Below are positions 40,898-49,549 of a DNA stretch of 64,000 nucleotides, in pieces. This stretch comes from Dehalococcoidia bacterium. GTDB lineage: Bacteria > Chloroflexota > Dehalococcoidia > UBA6926. The stretch is taken from positions 224,001-288,000 of the forward strand of contig CAXXET010000007.1 in the NCBI GenBank assembly GCA_963666115.2, read 5' to 3'. Numbering within the stretch: the stretch's first letter is position 1; the number at the start of each line of letters is the position of its first letter. The notes beneath the pieces are model-generated. The model ran no database searches, was not told the DNA's origin, and saw nothing but the letters and a program-made list of their open reading frames with translations. A program made the position numbers and the translations under genes.

Positions 40898-43306
40898 ATG
40901 ATGACTACGAATGATGACGGCACGGCGCTTGGGCATCTGAAGGTTGTTGAGCTTGGCGAGGGCAGCGGCGCGGCGGCCATGGCGGGCCGCCTGCTTGGCG
41001 ATATGGGCGCGGAGGTTGTGCTCGTTGAACCGCCCGGCGGTGTTGGCGCGCGGCGTATTGGCCCGTTTGCCAACGACATTGAAAACCCCGACCGTAGCCT
41101 GACGTTCCTGGACCACAACCTCAACAAGCGATCCGTCGTTATTGACCTCGACACCCTAGATGGGCAGGAATCCGCGCGACGCCTAGCAGCCTGGGCGGAC
41201 GTTCTCATCGAGTCGTGCGCGCCCGGCTACCTTGCCGAGCGCGGGCTTGGCTACGACGACCTAGCAGAAATCAACCCCGGCCTTGTCTACGGCTCCCTCA
41301 CCCCGTTCGGGCAGGACGGGCCGTATGCGAACTACGCCTCCACAGAACTCATCATCCAGTCGCTGGCGGGTGATCCGTGGGTCTACGGCGATGATGAGCG
41401 AGCGCCGGCGATGGTGCCGGGCGACGCGACCGCCCGCATCGGCTCCATGCACCTGGTCTACGGCATCCTGCTGGCGCTGCGCGAGCGGCGGTGGTCCACG
41501 CGCGGCCAGCACGTGGACGTGTCGCGTCAGGACATCGGCGTCTGGCAGTTGGTGAGCGGCAGCATCTCACGTGTCGGGCTCCGCAATGAGGTGTTCCGCC
41601 GCCCCGGCAAGGCGTCCACCGGCATCGGCAGCATCTACCACTGCGCAGACGGCGTGATCCAATTCTTCCCGTCCACCAACGCGCAGTTCCGCGGCCTGGT
41701 CACGGGATGGATGCAGGACTCCACGTTCGACGATGAGGCGTGGGACGACACCAATTTCCGCCGCGACAACTACGACATCATCGACGTCCGCATGAGAGAG
41801 TTCATGGGTACACTGACGGCGGCGGAGATCGAGGAGCAGGCGGCAATCCACGACGTGCCGATGGCGCGGATGTCCACGATGGCGGAGTTCGTTGAGCACC
41901 CCCATACCATCGCCCGTGAGTTTGTGGTCGATGCCACCCACCCCGTCATTGGCCACTACCGCGCGCCCGGCCCGCCGTACCGGTTCAGCAAGACGCCGTG
42001 GGCCATCCATCGCCCCGCGCCGCGCATCGATGAGCACGGCGGCGAACTCCGCGCGATGATTGAGGGGCTGTCGTCCGCGCCGCCCGACTCCGCGCAGTAC
42101 GTGGCGCGTCGGCATGACCGCCGCAAGCAGCCGCTGGAGGGCGTGCGAATTGCCGATCTGAGCCGCGTGTTTGCTGGGCCGTTCGGCACAATGCTGCTCG
42201 GTTTCCACGGCGCGGAGGTCATCCGCATCGAATCCGAAGACCTGCCCGCCTTTCGGATGCCGATGCAGCCGAACTACCCGGAACTTAATCGCAACAAGCT
42301 CTGCGTCACCATCGACATGCGCTCCCAAAAGGGGCAGAACCTTATCAAGGACATCGTCGCGCAATCGGACGTCGTCTTTGAGAACTTCCGCCCGACGGTG
42401 ATGGAGCGCATGGGGCTTTCTTACGAGGAGCTGCGCAAGGTCAGGCCGAATGTGATCATGGCATCTATGTCAGGGTACGGTATGTCTGGGCCGATGCGCG
42501 ACCGCCCTGCGTTCGGCCAGCTTCTAATGGCGTTCGGCGGCCTGTCCTACATGTGGGGGCATCCGGAGAGCGACATCGACACGCGCCCCAAGAATGCGTA
42601 TTCGGACTTCGTGCTGGGCGCGCAGGCGGCGATGGCCGTGATGATCGCGCTGGAGCGCCGCGACCAAACCGGCGAGGGACAGCACATCGAGAGTTCCCAC
42701 GTGGAGGGACTCGCAGCCCTACTCGGCCCGGAGATGCTGAGCTATTTGATCAACGGCGTCAGCCCGCAGCCGCGCGGCAACGCGAGCGACGTGTACGCCC
42801 CGCACGGCGTCTATCCCACGCTCGGCCACGACGCGTGGGTATCCATCGCGGTGGAGAACGATGAGCAGTGGGGACGGCTGGCTACGGCAATGGACAGCCC
42901 AACGTGGGCGACGGATGGCAAATACGCCACGCAGGAGGCGCGGCTGACCAATCGGACGGAGTTGGACGCGCGGCTGGGCGAGTGGACATCAACGCGCTGG
43001 GCGGGACAGATTCAGGTTGCGCTGCAAGCCGTCGGCGTGCCGTGCGGCGCGGTGCAGAACCCGCTGGATTTGCTGGCCGATCCGCAGCTTCGCCACCGCG
43101 GAACCATCGTCACCGCGCACCACGATCCGGACTGGTGGGGAACGATGCAGCACCCCGGCGTCTCCGTCCGGTTGAGCGCCACGCCTGGCTGGGCGACGGA
43201 TTCCACGCCGGGCCTGGGCCAGGACAATGACCGCGTGTTCAAGCAACTCCTGGGGCTGACGACGGCGGAGATAGAGGGGCTAACGGGGGAGGGAGTGCTG
43301 CGGTAA
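40898..43306 (+). CDS. Tandem-domain CaiB/BaiF family III CoA-transferase
   Basis: Two CaiB domains (LGDMGAEVVLVEPPGG...NKRS; DLSRVFAGP...NRNK...ENFRP); start revised to ATG 40898. Confidence 0.92.
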   Translation: MMTTNDDGTALGHLKVVELGEGSGAAAMAGRLLGDMGAEVVLVEPPGGVGARRIGPFANDIENPDRSLTFLDHNLNKRSVVIDLDTLDGQESARRLAAWADVLIESCAPGYLAERGLGYDDLAEINPGLVYGSLTPFGQDGPYANYASTELIIQSLAGDPWVYGDDERAPAMVPGDATARIGSMHLVYGILLALRERRWSTRGQHVDVSRQDIGVWQLVSGSISRVGLRNEVFRRPGKASTGIGSIYHCADGVIQFFPSTNAQFRGLVTGWMQDSTFDDEAWDDTNFRRDNYDIIDVRMREFMGTLTAAEIEEQAAIHDVPMARMSTMAEFVEHPHTIAREFVVDATHPVIGHYRAPGPPYRFSKTPWAIHRPAPRIDEHGGELRAMIEGLSSAPPDSAQYVARRHDRRKQPLEGVRIADLSRVFAGPFGTMLLGFHGAEVIRIESEDLPAFRMPMQPNYPELNRNKLCVTIDMRSQKGQNLIKDIVAQSDVVFENFRPTVMERMGLSYEELRKVRPNVIMASMSGYGMSGPMRDRPAFGQLLMAFGGLSYMWGHPESDIDTRPKNAYSDFVLGAQAAMAVMIALERRDQTGEGQHIESSHVEGLAALLGPEMLSYLINGVSPQPRGNASDVYAPHGVYPTLGHDAWVSIAVENDEQWGRLATAMDSPTWATDGKYATQEARLTNRTELDARLGEWTSTRWAGQIQVALQAVGVPCGAVQNPLDLLADPQLRHRGTIVTAHHDPDWWGTMQHPGVSVRLSATPGWATDSTPGLGQDNDRVFKQLLGLTTAEIEGLTGEGVLR

Positions 43307-43336
43307 GATGAGCAGGCAAGGAGGAGGCAGAGGCAA

Positions 43337-44218
43337 ATGATGAGTTCTCAGCAGGCTCAATTTCGTGGCTTTGTAATGCAGATTCACGTTCCATCTGGAG
43401 TTCCCGACAGCCTAAGAGTGGTGTCAAAGGACAACTGGAACGGCGAAGGTGCCTTCTTCTCGCGTACGTCTTATTCGGAAGTCAGGACCGGCGGATCGTT
43501 TGATTTCGAACGAACAGGAGTCTACGTTCTCTGGGGACCAGCCGACGAAAGCGATTTACTGCGGGTATATGTGGGGGAGGCTGATCACTTGCGCAATAGG
43601 CTCAATGAACAATTCGTGCAACTGGACTTCTGGACAAACGCCGTCGCCTTTTGCTCCAGTAACCAGAACCTGAACAAGGCGCATGTGCGCCACATCGAAG
43701 CTAGACTGATCGCGTTGGCTGACGAGGCGAAGCGGTGTCTACTTGAGAATGCTAACGCTCCTAGAATTCCACACCTGTCTCCCGGTGACAGAGATACGGC
43801 TGAGAATTACCTCTCGGATATGTTACTGTGCTTACCCGTGCTAGGGGTAAACTTCTTTGAGAGGACAAGGCCACGCGACATAAGTCTTAAGGATCTCACT
43901 ATCAACTCAACAGCTTTACGCGCGACGGGGTACGAGGATGTATCGGGGTTTGTAGTAAGGGAAGGCTCTCAGACGGCCAAAAATGAAACCAAGACTATAC
44001 GTCCAACGATGTCGGACTTACGAGCCGACTTGCTGAAAAAGGGGGTTCTCGTGGACAAAAATGACGCCTACGAGTTCACTCAAGATTACTCGTTTAGTGC
44101 ACCAACCACGGCAGCTAATGCCATCTTGGGCTCGTCATCAACCGGTCTTGACATCTGGAAAGGCGCTGATGGGCGCACGCTTAAGCAGATCCGTGAAGAA
44201 CAGAGTCGCTCAGAATAA
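43337..44218 (+). CDS. GIY-YIG nuclease with DUF4357 domain
   Basis: GVYVLWG...VYVGEA...RL, LNKAHVRHIE, FTQDYSFSAPTTAA, WK.ADGRTL. Confidence 0.88.
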   Translation: MMSSQQAQFRGFVMQIHVPSGVPDSLRVVSKDNWNGEGAFFSRTSYSEVRTGGSFDFERTGVYVLWGPADESDLLRVYVGEADHLRNRLNEQFVQLDFWTNAVAFCSSNQNLNKAHVRHIEARLIALADEAKRCLLENANAPRIPHLSPGDRDTAENYLSDMLLCLPVLGVNFFERTRPRDISLKDLTINSTALRATGYEDVSGFVVREGSQTAKNETKTIRPTMSDLRADLLKKGVLVDKNDAYEFTQDYSFSAPTTAANAILGSSSTGLDIWKGADGRTLKQIREEQSRSE

Positions 44219-44289
44219 TCCGATGGTCGCCTTGAGGTACATGGCTTCCACGCGACATCCGCGCCTGGATGGCCTACGCTCATACAAAT

Positions 44290-44589
44290 TTAGTCTCCAA
44301 TTGATCCAGGGAAGCGTCGGCTGCTGTGCCGGATATGAAGAAGCTCCACACCATCTTCGATCGGCCGGTAGAAGGTCACGTACGGAGTTGAGGGCGCGGC
44401 GAACGTCCGAATACCAAGGCCTGACTCCGGACGTGATGCGCCCATGCGTGGTTGATCGGCCAGACGAAAGCAAAGGGCTTCCAGGCGGTCAACCAGCCTG
44501 TGAGCGTTGGCTACGCTGTCATCGGCTACGTAGTCGGTAATCTGCTGAAGATCGCGGAGTGATCGCTGGGAAAAGACGCAACGGCTCAT
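44290..44589 (-). CDS. ParE/RelE family toxin
   Basis: RDLQQITDYVADDS..NA, LADQPRMGASRPE, YVTFYR, ELLHIRHSSR. Confidence 0.9.
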   Translation of the reverse strand: MSRCVFSQRSLRDLQQITDYVADDSVANAHRLVDRLEALCFRLADQPRMGASRPESGLGIRTFAAPSTPYVTFYRPIEDGVELLHIRHSSRRFPGSIGD

Positions 44590-44852
44590 TCGACGTGCTG
44601 CTCTGTTTCCCGAATCCGCTCCCGCACATCGGCGAAGACCTCTTCGGCGGTGTACACCTCGCCGCGGGCGATCTGGTCGATGCTGGTCTGGATCTTCTCG
44701 CGGATGTCCGCGAGTTCCTCTTCGTAGCCCTCGTCGCCCGGCCTCAGGAGGCCCATCTCATCGCCGAATCCGTCGTCAGACGCGCCGTTCCGGCCGGGCT
44801 CAGCGGGAGCGCCGGCGGAGGCCTTGGTCTCGTCTCTGTCAGAGATGTCCAT
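44586..44852 (-). CDS. ParD-like antitoxin (acidic, no obvious RHH domain)
   Basis: LADIREKIQTSIDQIARGEVYTAEEVFADVR; ATGA overlap with the toxin. Confidence 0.75.
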   Translation of the reverse strand: MDISDRDETKASAGAPAEPGRNGASDDGFGDEMGLLRPGDEGYEEELADIREKIQTSIDQIARGEVYTAEEVFADVRERIRETEQHVE

Positions 44853-44964
44853 GCGCCAAGGCTACTCCGTTGGACAATCTGTGGCAACCGGCGGCGCCCT
44901 TACGCAGGCGGGTCATCATGAGTATCATGACAACAGGACGCCGAAGAGCAGGAGACCATATCCC

Positions 44965-45315
44965 ATGCCAAACATTGAGTTCTATCATTGGACGACTTGA
45001 AACACCTGCAAGACAGCGAAAGCGGCGCTTTCGCAAGCGGGTCACGAGTTCGCGGAGCGCGACTTCTTCAAGGAGCGCATGACGCGGGAGGAGATTGTCG
45101 CGCTGCTGGGCGACTCGCCGCCCAGCGCGTTGTTCAATCCCAGGTCGCAGGCGCTCAAGAAGGCAGGAATCGATGTCGCGTCACTGAGCGAGGATCAGAT
45201 GCTTGACCTGCTCGTCGAGGAGCCGCGCTACTGGCGGCGTCCGGTGGCGGTCATCGATGGCAAGCTGGTGGCGGGAGCAAACGCCAAGACGCTGGCAGCG
45301 GAACTGGGACTGTAG
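44965..45315 (+). CDS. ArsC/Spx-family selenoprotein (116 aa, Sec at codon 12, UxxC)
   Basis: MPNIEFYHWTT-TGA-NTCKTAKAAL...ERDFFKERMTREE...LFNPRS...EPRYWRRPV; TGA 44998-45000 in frame; RBS CAGGAG. Confidence 0.88.
45004..45042 (+). promoter_or_regulatory. Bacterial SECIS-like hairpin
   Basis: Upper stem GCGAAAGC/GCTTTCGC with GGC loop 23 nt after UGA; lower stem ACCTGC/GCGGGT. Confidence 0.75.
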
Positions 45316-45320
45316 CGGCG

Positions 45321-45764
45321 CTATTTCTTGGTCGGTAGCTCTACCGTCGCCGCGCCGGGGGTGACCTTTTCGCCTTTCTGGTTGGTGATCAACATCTCAA
45401 GATCAACGACGTTCCGGCCTTCATCATCCACGCGCTTATCCGTCACGCGGCCCGTGCACGTCAGCATGTCGTTCTTGAAATTGATGCCGCGCAGTTGGGC
45501 ATTCAGCGTCAGGATCACGCCCTCTTCGCCGATCCACTTGCGGACCAGCGTGTGCAGGTAGGAAACACGGATGCGCCCCTGCCCGATGACCGCCGGCTGG
45601 CCGTTCTCCTTCGCCCCCTCATCGTCCATGTGGTACGGCACGAACTCATCGTACGTGGCAGCCCAGCGATTCCAGTTCATCAAGTCCGTCACGCGCTCAA
45701 ACGGCGGCAACTCCTGACCGACCTCAACATCGTCCCAATAAAGCGTTGCTTCTTGCGTCGTCAT
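45321..45764 (-). CDS. MaoC-family dehydratase
   Basis: YWDDVEVGQELP, YHMD, LTCTGRVT, NQKGE. Confidence 0.87.
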   Translation of the reverse strand: MTTQEATLYWDDVEVGQELPPFERVTDLMNWNRWAATYDEFVPYHMDDEGAKENGQPAVIGQGRIRVSYLHTLVRKWIGEEGVILTLNAQLRGINFKNDMLTCTGRVTDKRVDDEGRNVVDLEMLITNQKGEKVTPGAATVELPTKK

Positions 45765-45783
45765 ATCATCGTCCCCGTTGCTG

Positions 45784-46323
45784 TCACCACGCGATATTCG
45801 TCGTGCGCGTTGTCTTGACCACCGCGCCGTCCTGCTTTGTCCAGGTTTCCTCCGTGATGTAGAAGAGCATGGGGCCGAGACGGCCGCTGCGCTCGTAGAG
45901 GTCCGTCGCGGTGATCACACTGGTAATCTCATCGCCCGGCCGCATCCGTTCGTGGTAGACAGTGTCCACGCCCCCAAACAGGAAATTCGGCGGCGCGCCG
46001 GGCGGGCGCAGGTTGCGGGCCTCTTCCAACTCAGACTGAGCCGTGTCCAGGCGATCAGGCTGCGGGCCGACATGGGCGCGGCCAATCATCCACGCGAACG
46101 GGTTGAACTCCTCCGGCGCGATGATGCCGCCCCACCGCGTTTGCGCGGCGTGCTCCGCGTCCCAATAGACGCGCGGCGGCACCTCCGGCCAATAGATGGA
46201 GATAGCGGCGCGGCGGATATCGCTCTCGGAGATCGGCGGCGATGTCAACGGCGGCGCAGTTGAACCAACCCATGCGCGCATCGCATCGGTAATCAGGGGC
46301 TGTCCGTCGCCGCCGGAGGTCAC
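45784..46323 (-). CDS. MaoC-family (FAS1-like) dehydratase N-terminal domain protein
   Basis: DIRRAA, WGGIIAP, MRPGDEI, ERSGRLG. Confidence 0.85.
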   Translation of the reverse strand: MTSGGDGQPLITDAMRAWVGSTAPPLTSPPISESDIRRAAISIYWPEVPPRVYWDAEHAAQTRWGGIIAPEEFNPFAWMIGRAHVGPQPDRLDTAQSELEEARNLRPPGAPPNFLFGGVDTVYHERMRPGDEITSVITATDLYERSGRLGPMLFYITEETWTKQDGAVVKTTRTTNIAW

Positions 46324-46343
46324 AGGCTCACCTCACTGTCAGC

Positions 46344-46787
46344 CTACTTCTTCAACTCCTTTTCGAGGTTCTTGATGAAGTCTTTCATCTGGGAGTTGGC
46401 CTTGGAGCGGATGAACGGCTGCCCCATCGTGCCCAGCTTGCCCATGAACTGGATGTCCGTTGCGACGGTGAGGGTCGAACTGTCCGCGCCCGCCTCGGCG
46501 ATGGCCGCGTCGACGATGACGCGCAGCCCGCCGCCCGCAAGCGCCTTCGCGTTGCCCTCGATGCGCCACGTATAGTCCTCGGCGTTCTGCGTGGTCGTCA
46601 ACTCTCCGTCGAGGCTGATCTTCATCGGGCCGACGCGCGTCTCCATTTTCCCGGAATACGTGTCCGGGCCTGTTTCGGCGACGTCCCTGACGCCGGGAAT
46701 CAACCCCGCCGCGCGGGGGACGTCCTGCAACAGCGCCCACACGTCCTCACGCGACGCGCCCACCTGCGATTCCTGTTCGATCTTCAT
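46344..46787 (-). CDS. CoxG/SRPBCC family protein
   Basis: VWALLQDV....LIPG, RVGPM, GKLGTMGQ. Confidence 0.88.
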   Translation of the reverse strand: MKIEQESQVGASREDVWALLQDVPRAAGLIPGVRDVAETGPDTYSGKMETRVGPMKISLDGELTTTQNAEDYTWRIEGNAKALAGGGLRVIVDAAIAEAGADSSTLTVATDIQFMGKLGTMGQPFIRSKANSQMKDFIKNLEKELKK

Positions 46788-46824
46788 TCCCTGTGATTGT
46801 CCTTTCGCCGGTGATGGCCGGCTG

Positions 46825-47685
46825 CTATTCGAGTCCCAGCACGCGCGTCAGCGCCCGCCGCGTGAACACCACCGCCATGTCCGTCTTGTACTCCGCGGAG
46901 CCTCGGAAGTCCGGCGTCGGCGCGCACAGATCGCGCACCGTCTCCGCCGCCTCACGCACCAGGTCTGCCGTCGGGGCCTTGCCCACCAGCACGCCCGCGA
47001 CGCTCTCCGCGTACACGGCTGTCGAATTGACCGCGCCCAAGCCGACGCGCGCGTCCGTCACCACGCCGCCGTCAACCACCCCGAGCGCGGAGACCGCGAC
47101 CGTCGGATAATCGTCTGCCGTGCGTGGCAGGAACTTGATGTACGTGGTCTTCGCATTCGCCGGAGCCGCCGGAACGGTGATGCCCGTCACAATCTCGCCC
47201 TCTTCAACGCCCGTCGTGTAGTAGTCAACGAACCAGTCGTCTCGAACCTTGACCGTCCGCTCCCCGTCCTTCGATGCCACGTGAACGCTCGCGTCGAGCA
47301 CGAGGAGCGTGGGGGGCGGGTCCTGCGCCGGGTCGCCGTGGGCGACGCCGCCGCCGACCGTCGCCGCGTTGCGCACGCGCACCGTCGCGACCTCGCCATA
47401 GGTCTCGGTCAGGAGCGGGACATTCTCATGGACGACGCTCGACGTCGCCATCTCCTGCTGCGTCGTGCGGCCTCCCACCTGCAGGCCCTCGCCCGTCATG
47501 CGGATGTAGTCGAGGCCGTCGACGTTCTGGAGGCTGACCAGGTGGTCAACGTAGATGAGGTCTTGCTTCATCATGTTGATCAAGCCGGTGCCGCCGGAAA
47601 TGACGCGCGCCTCCTCGCCGTAGTCGCTCAGCAGGCTGTGGGCCTCCGCCAGCGTGGAGGGCGTGTGGAACTGGAAGTCTCTCAT
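46825..47685 (-). CDS. Xanthine dehydrogenase family FAD-binding subunit (CoxM-like)
   Basis: FQFHTPSTL.EA, SGGTGL, VRNAATVGG, DPAQD, DFRGSAEYK; start revised to ATG 47685. Confidence 0.92.
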   Translation of the reverse strand: MRDFQFHTPSTLAEAHSLLSDYGEEARVISGGTGLINMMKQDLIYVDHLVSLQNVDGLDYIRMTGEGLQVGGRTTQQEMATSSVVHENVPLLTETYGEVATVRVRNAATVGGGVAHGDPAQDPPPTLLVLDASVHVASKDGERTVKVRDDWFVDYYTTGVEEGEIVTGITVPAAPANAKTTYIKFLPRTADDYPTVAVSALGVVDGGVVTDARVGLGAVNSTAVYAESVAGVLVGKAPTADLVREAAETVRDLCAPTPDFRGSAEYKTDMAVVFTRRALTRVLGLE

Positions 47686-47696
47686 GTCGCCCTCCC

Positions 47697-48191
47697 CTAG
47701 TTGCCCAGCCGGATCATTTCGCCGGCCTTCTGGATGGATTCGATAATCTTGTAGTAGCCCGTGCAGCGGCACAGGTTGCCCATCATCCAGTCCTTGATCT
47801 CGTCCTCCGTGGGATCGGGATTCTGCTGGAGCAGGGCGCGCGAGGCCATGATCTGGCCGGGCGTGCAGATGCCGCACTGGAACCCGCCGTAGTTCATGAA
47901 TGCCTCTTGCAGCGGGTGCAGCTTGTCGCCGTCCGCCACGCCCTCGATGGTCGTGAGATTCGCGCCGTTGGCCTGGACGGCGAGCAGGATGCAGGACGAG
48001 ACGATCACACCGTCCATCTCCACCGTGCAGATGCCGCACACGCCGACGCTGCAGGCCTCCTTGGTGCCCGTCAGGCCTAGGTCATACCGGATGAAATCGA
48101 CGAGCGTTCGTCGAGGCGGAACCTCCGCCGAATACTCCGTGCCGTTGATGGTGACCGTCACCGGCACGCGGGCCACTGTGTCTGTCGTCAT
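47697..48191 (-). CDS. Xanthine dehydrogenase family 2Fe-2S subunit (CoxS-like)
   Basis: [31 protein letters not shown]. Confidence 0.95.
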   Translation of the reverse strand: MTTDTVARVPVTVTINGTEYSAEVPPRRTLVDFIRYDLGLTGTKEACSVGVCGICTVEMDGVIVSSCILLAVQANGANLTTIEGVADGDKLHPLQEAFMNYGGFQCGICTPGQIMASRALLQQNPDPTEDEIKDWMMGNLCRCTGYYKIIESIQKAGEMIRLGN

Positions 48192-48329
48192 AGATTCCTA
48201 CCCCTCCCCACCAATGATTGCGTTAGGCGCAGCACACGTTGATTATAGCAGTGCGTGCATTGGCGTGCCGCACTGTGTTACAACTCAAACAGCGGTTTCG
48301 CGCAGCGCCGGGCAAGAAGGGAGCAGGTC

Positions 48330-48617
48330 ATGTCCGCCTATCTGATCGCCGATGTTGAGGTTACGGATGAAAGCCTCTTTACGCAGTTTCGCGAGCGGAT
48401 GACGCCCGCCATCGAATCCTACGGCGGCAGGTTCATTGAGCGAGGGGGCGAGATCGAGGTCATCGAGGGCTCCTGGGCGCCGAAGCGCCTCGCCATTGTC
48501 CGGTTCGACAGCATGGAGCAGGCCCGCGCATGGCTGGACTCGTCCGAGAACCACGCGCTCGATGATATTCGACACAGGTCGTCCAACATCAACATCGTGC
48601 TCGTCCAGGGCGTCTAG
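48330..48617 (+). CDS. DUF1330 family protein
   Basis: MSAYLIADVEV, YGGRFIERGG, EGSW.PKR, FDSMEQARAW.DS. Confidence 0.9.
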   Translation: MSAYLIADVEVTDESLFTQFRERMTPAIESYGGRFIERGGEIEVIEGSWAPKRLAIVRFDSMEQARAWLDSSENHALDDIRHRSSNINIVLVQGV

Positions 48618-48735
48618 CGAACCTCGTACGCCCACATCTCGTGCCAGGCGTCCGGCTCGCCGTTGCCAGCATCCCCGGCGTCCAGAGTTTACCGCACGAA
48701 CCACGCCCATACCCTGCTACACTGAATAGACAGGA

Positions 48736-49035
48736 GTGCCTACGATGACTACCAAAAAGAAGAGACTCAGCCTGGATGTGGACGCCGATTTTCAGCAGCG
48801 TCTGAAGGACGTCGCCGCAAGCAAGGGCGTCAGCATGCGCCGGTATTGCGAGGACGCCATAGACAATGCCCTTGCGCAAGACGAGGCGAAAGGCAAGAGG
48901 GACAAACGTCCCGCCCATGAAGTGTTCGCAGAGTTGCGGCAGAAGTACTTTGGCGACAAGATTCTACCCGGAAATTCCGCCGATATGATCCGCGAGGCGC
49001 GTGCGATCAGAGACGCCCAAATGGCCGAATGGTGA
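48736..49035 (+). CDS. VapB-like antitoxin (RHH-like)
   Basis: KRLSLDV...RLK.VAASKGVSM, NSADMIREAR; overlaps the PIN gene; extended -10 TGcTACACT at 48715-48723. Confidence 0.8.
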   Translation: MPTMTTKKKRLSLDVDADFQQRLKDVAASKGVSMRRYCEDAIDNALAQDEAKGKRDKRPAHEVFAELRQKYFGDKILPGNSADMIREARAIRDAQMAEW

Positions 49036-49475
49036 TGCCCGGGGTCGTTGTCGTTGACGCGAGCTTGGTAGTTAAGTGGCTGATTAGGGAAGAGGACTCC
49101 GACAAGGCCCACGCTCTCCTCCAGTCCTGGAAAGATCAGGGAATACGGCTGGCTGCCCCGTACCTCATGCCTTTTGAGGTAACCAACGCTCTTCACCAGC
49201 GAGTTATACAAGGCGAGCTAAGCGTTGCAGGGGCTGGCGATATGGTTGAGAATCTCCTGTCGTCAGGGCCTGAACTACATCAGACAGCGGGCCTCCACGC
49301 ACGGGCACTGGAATTAGCCAGTGAACTCCGGCAGGGCGCGTCCTACGATGCCCATTACCTCGCGCTGGCCGAAGAGTTCGGCTGCGAACTGTGGACTGCC
49401 GACCGTCGGTTCCACCGTGCCGCAGAGCAGGCCGGCAACGTCCACCTGATCGCCGACTGGGTCACGCCGCAGTAG
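49029..49475 (+). CDS. VapC-family PIN toxin
   Basis: VVDASLVVKW, EVTNAL, YDAHYLALAE, LWTADRRF. Confidence 0.92.
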   Translation: MVMPGVVVVDASLVVKWLIREEDSDKAHALLQSWKDQGIRLAAPYLMPFEVTNALHQRVIQGELSVAGAGDMVENLLSSGPELHQTAGLHARALELASELRQGASYDAHYLALAEEFGCELWTADRRFHRAAEQAGNVHLIADWVTPQ

Positions 49476-49480
49476 AGGTC

Positions 49481-49517
49481 CCCCTCACCCTAGCCCTTCG
49501 ACAGGCTCAGGGTGAAC
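49481..49517. repeat. REP-like element (CCCCTCACCCTAG + CCCTTCGACAGGCTCAGGGTGAAC)
   Basis: 24 nt identical to 29931-29954; lies between convergent genes. Confidence 0.75.
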
Positions 49518-49549
49518 GGGGGGGCGCAGGGCGCACGGTGGGGGGTGGG

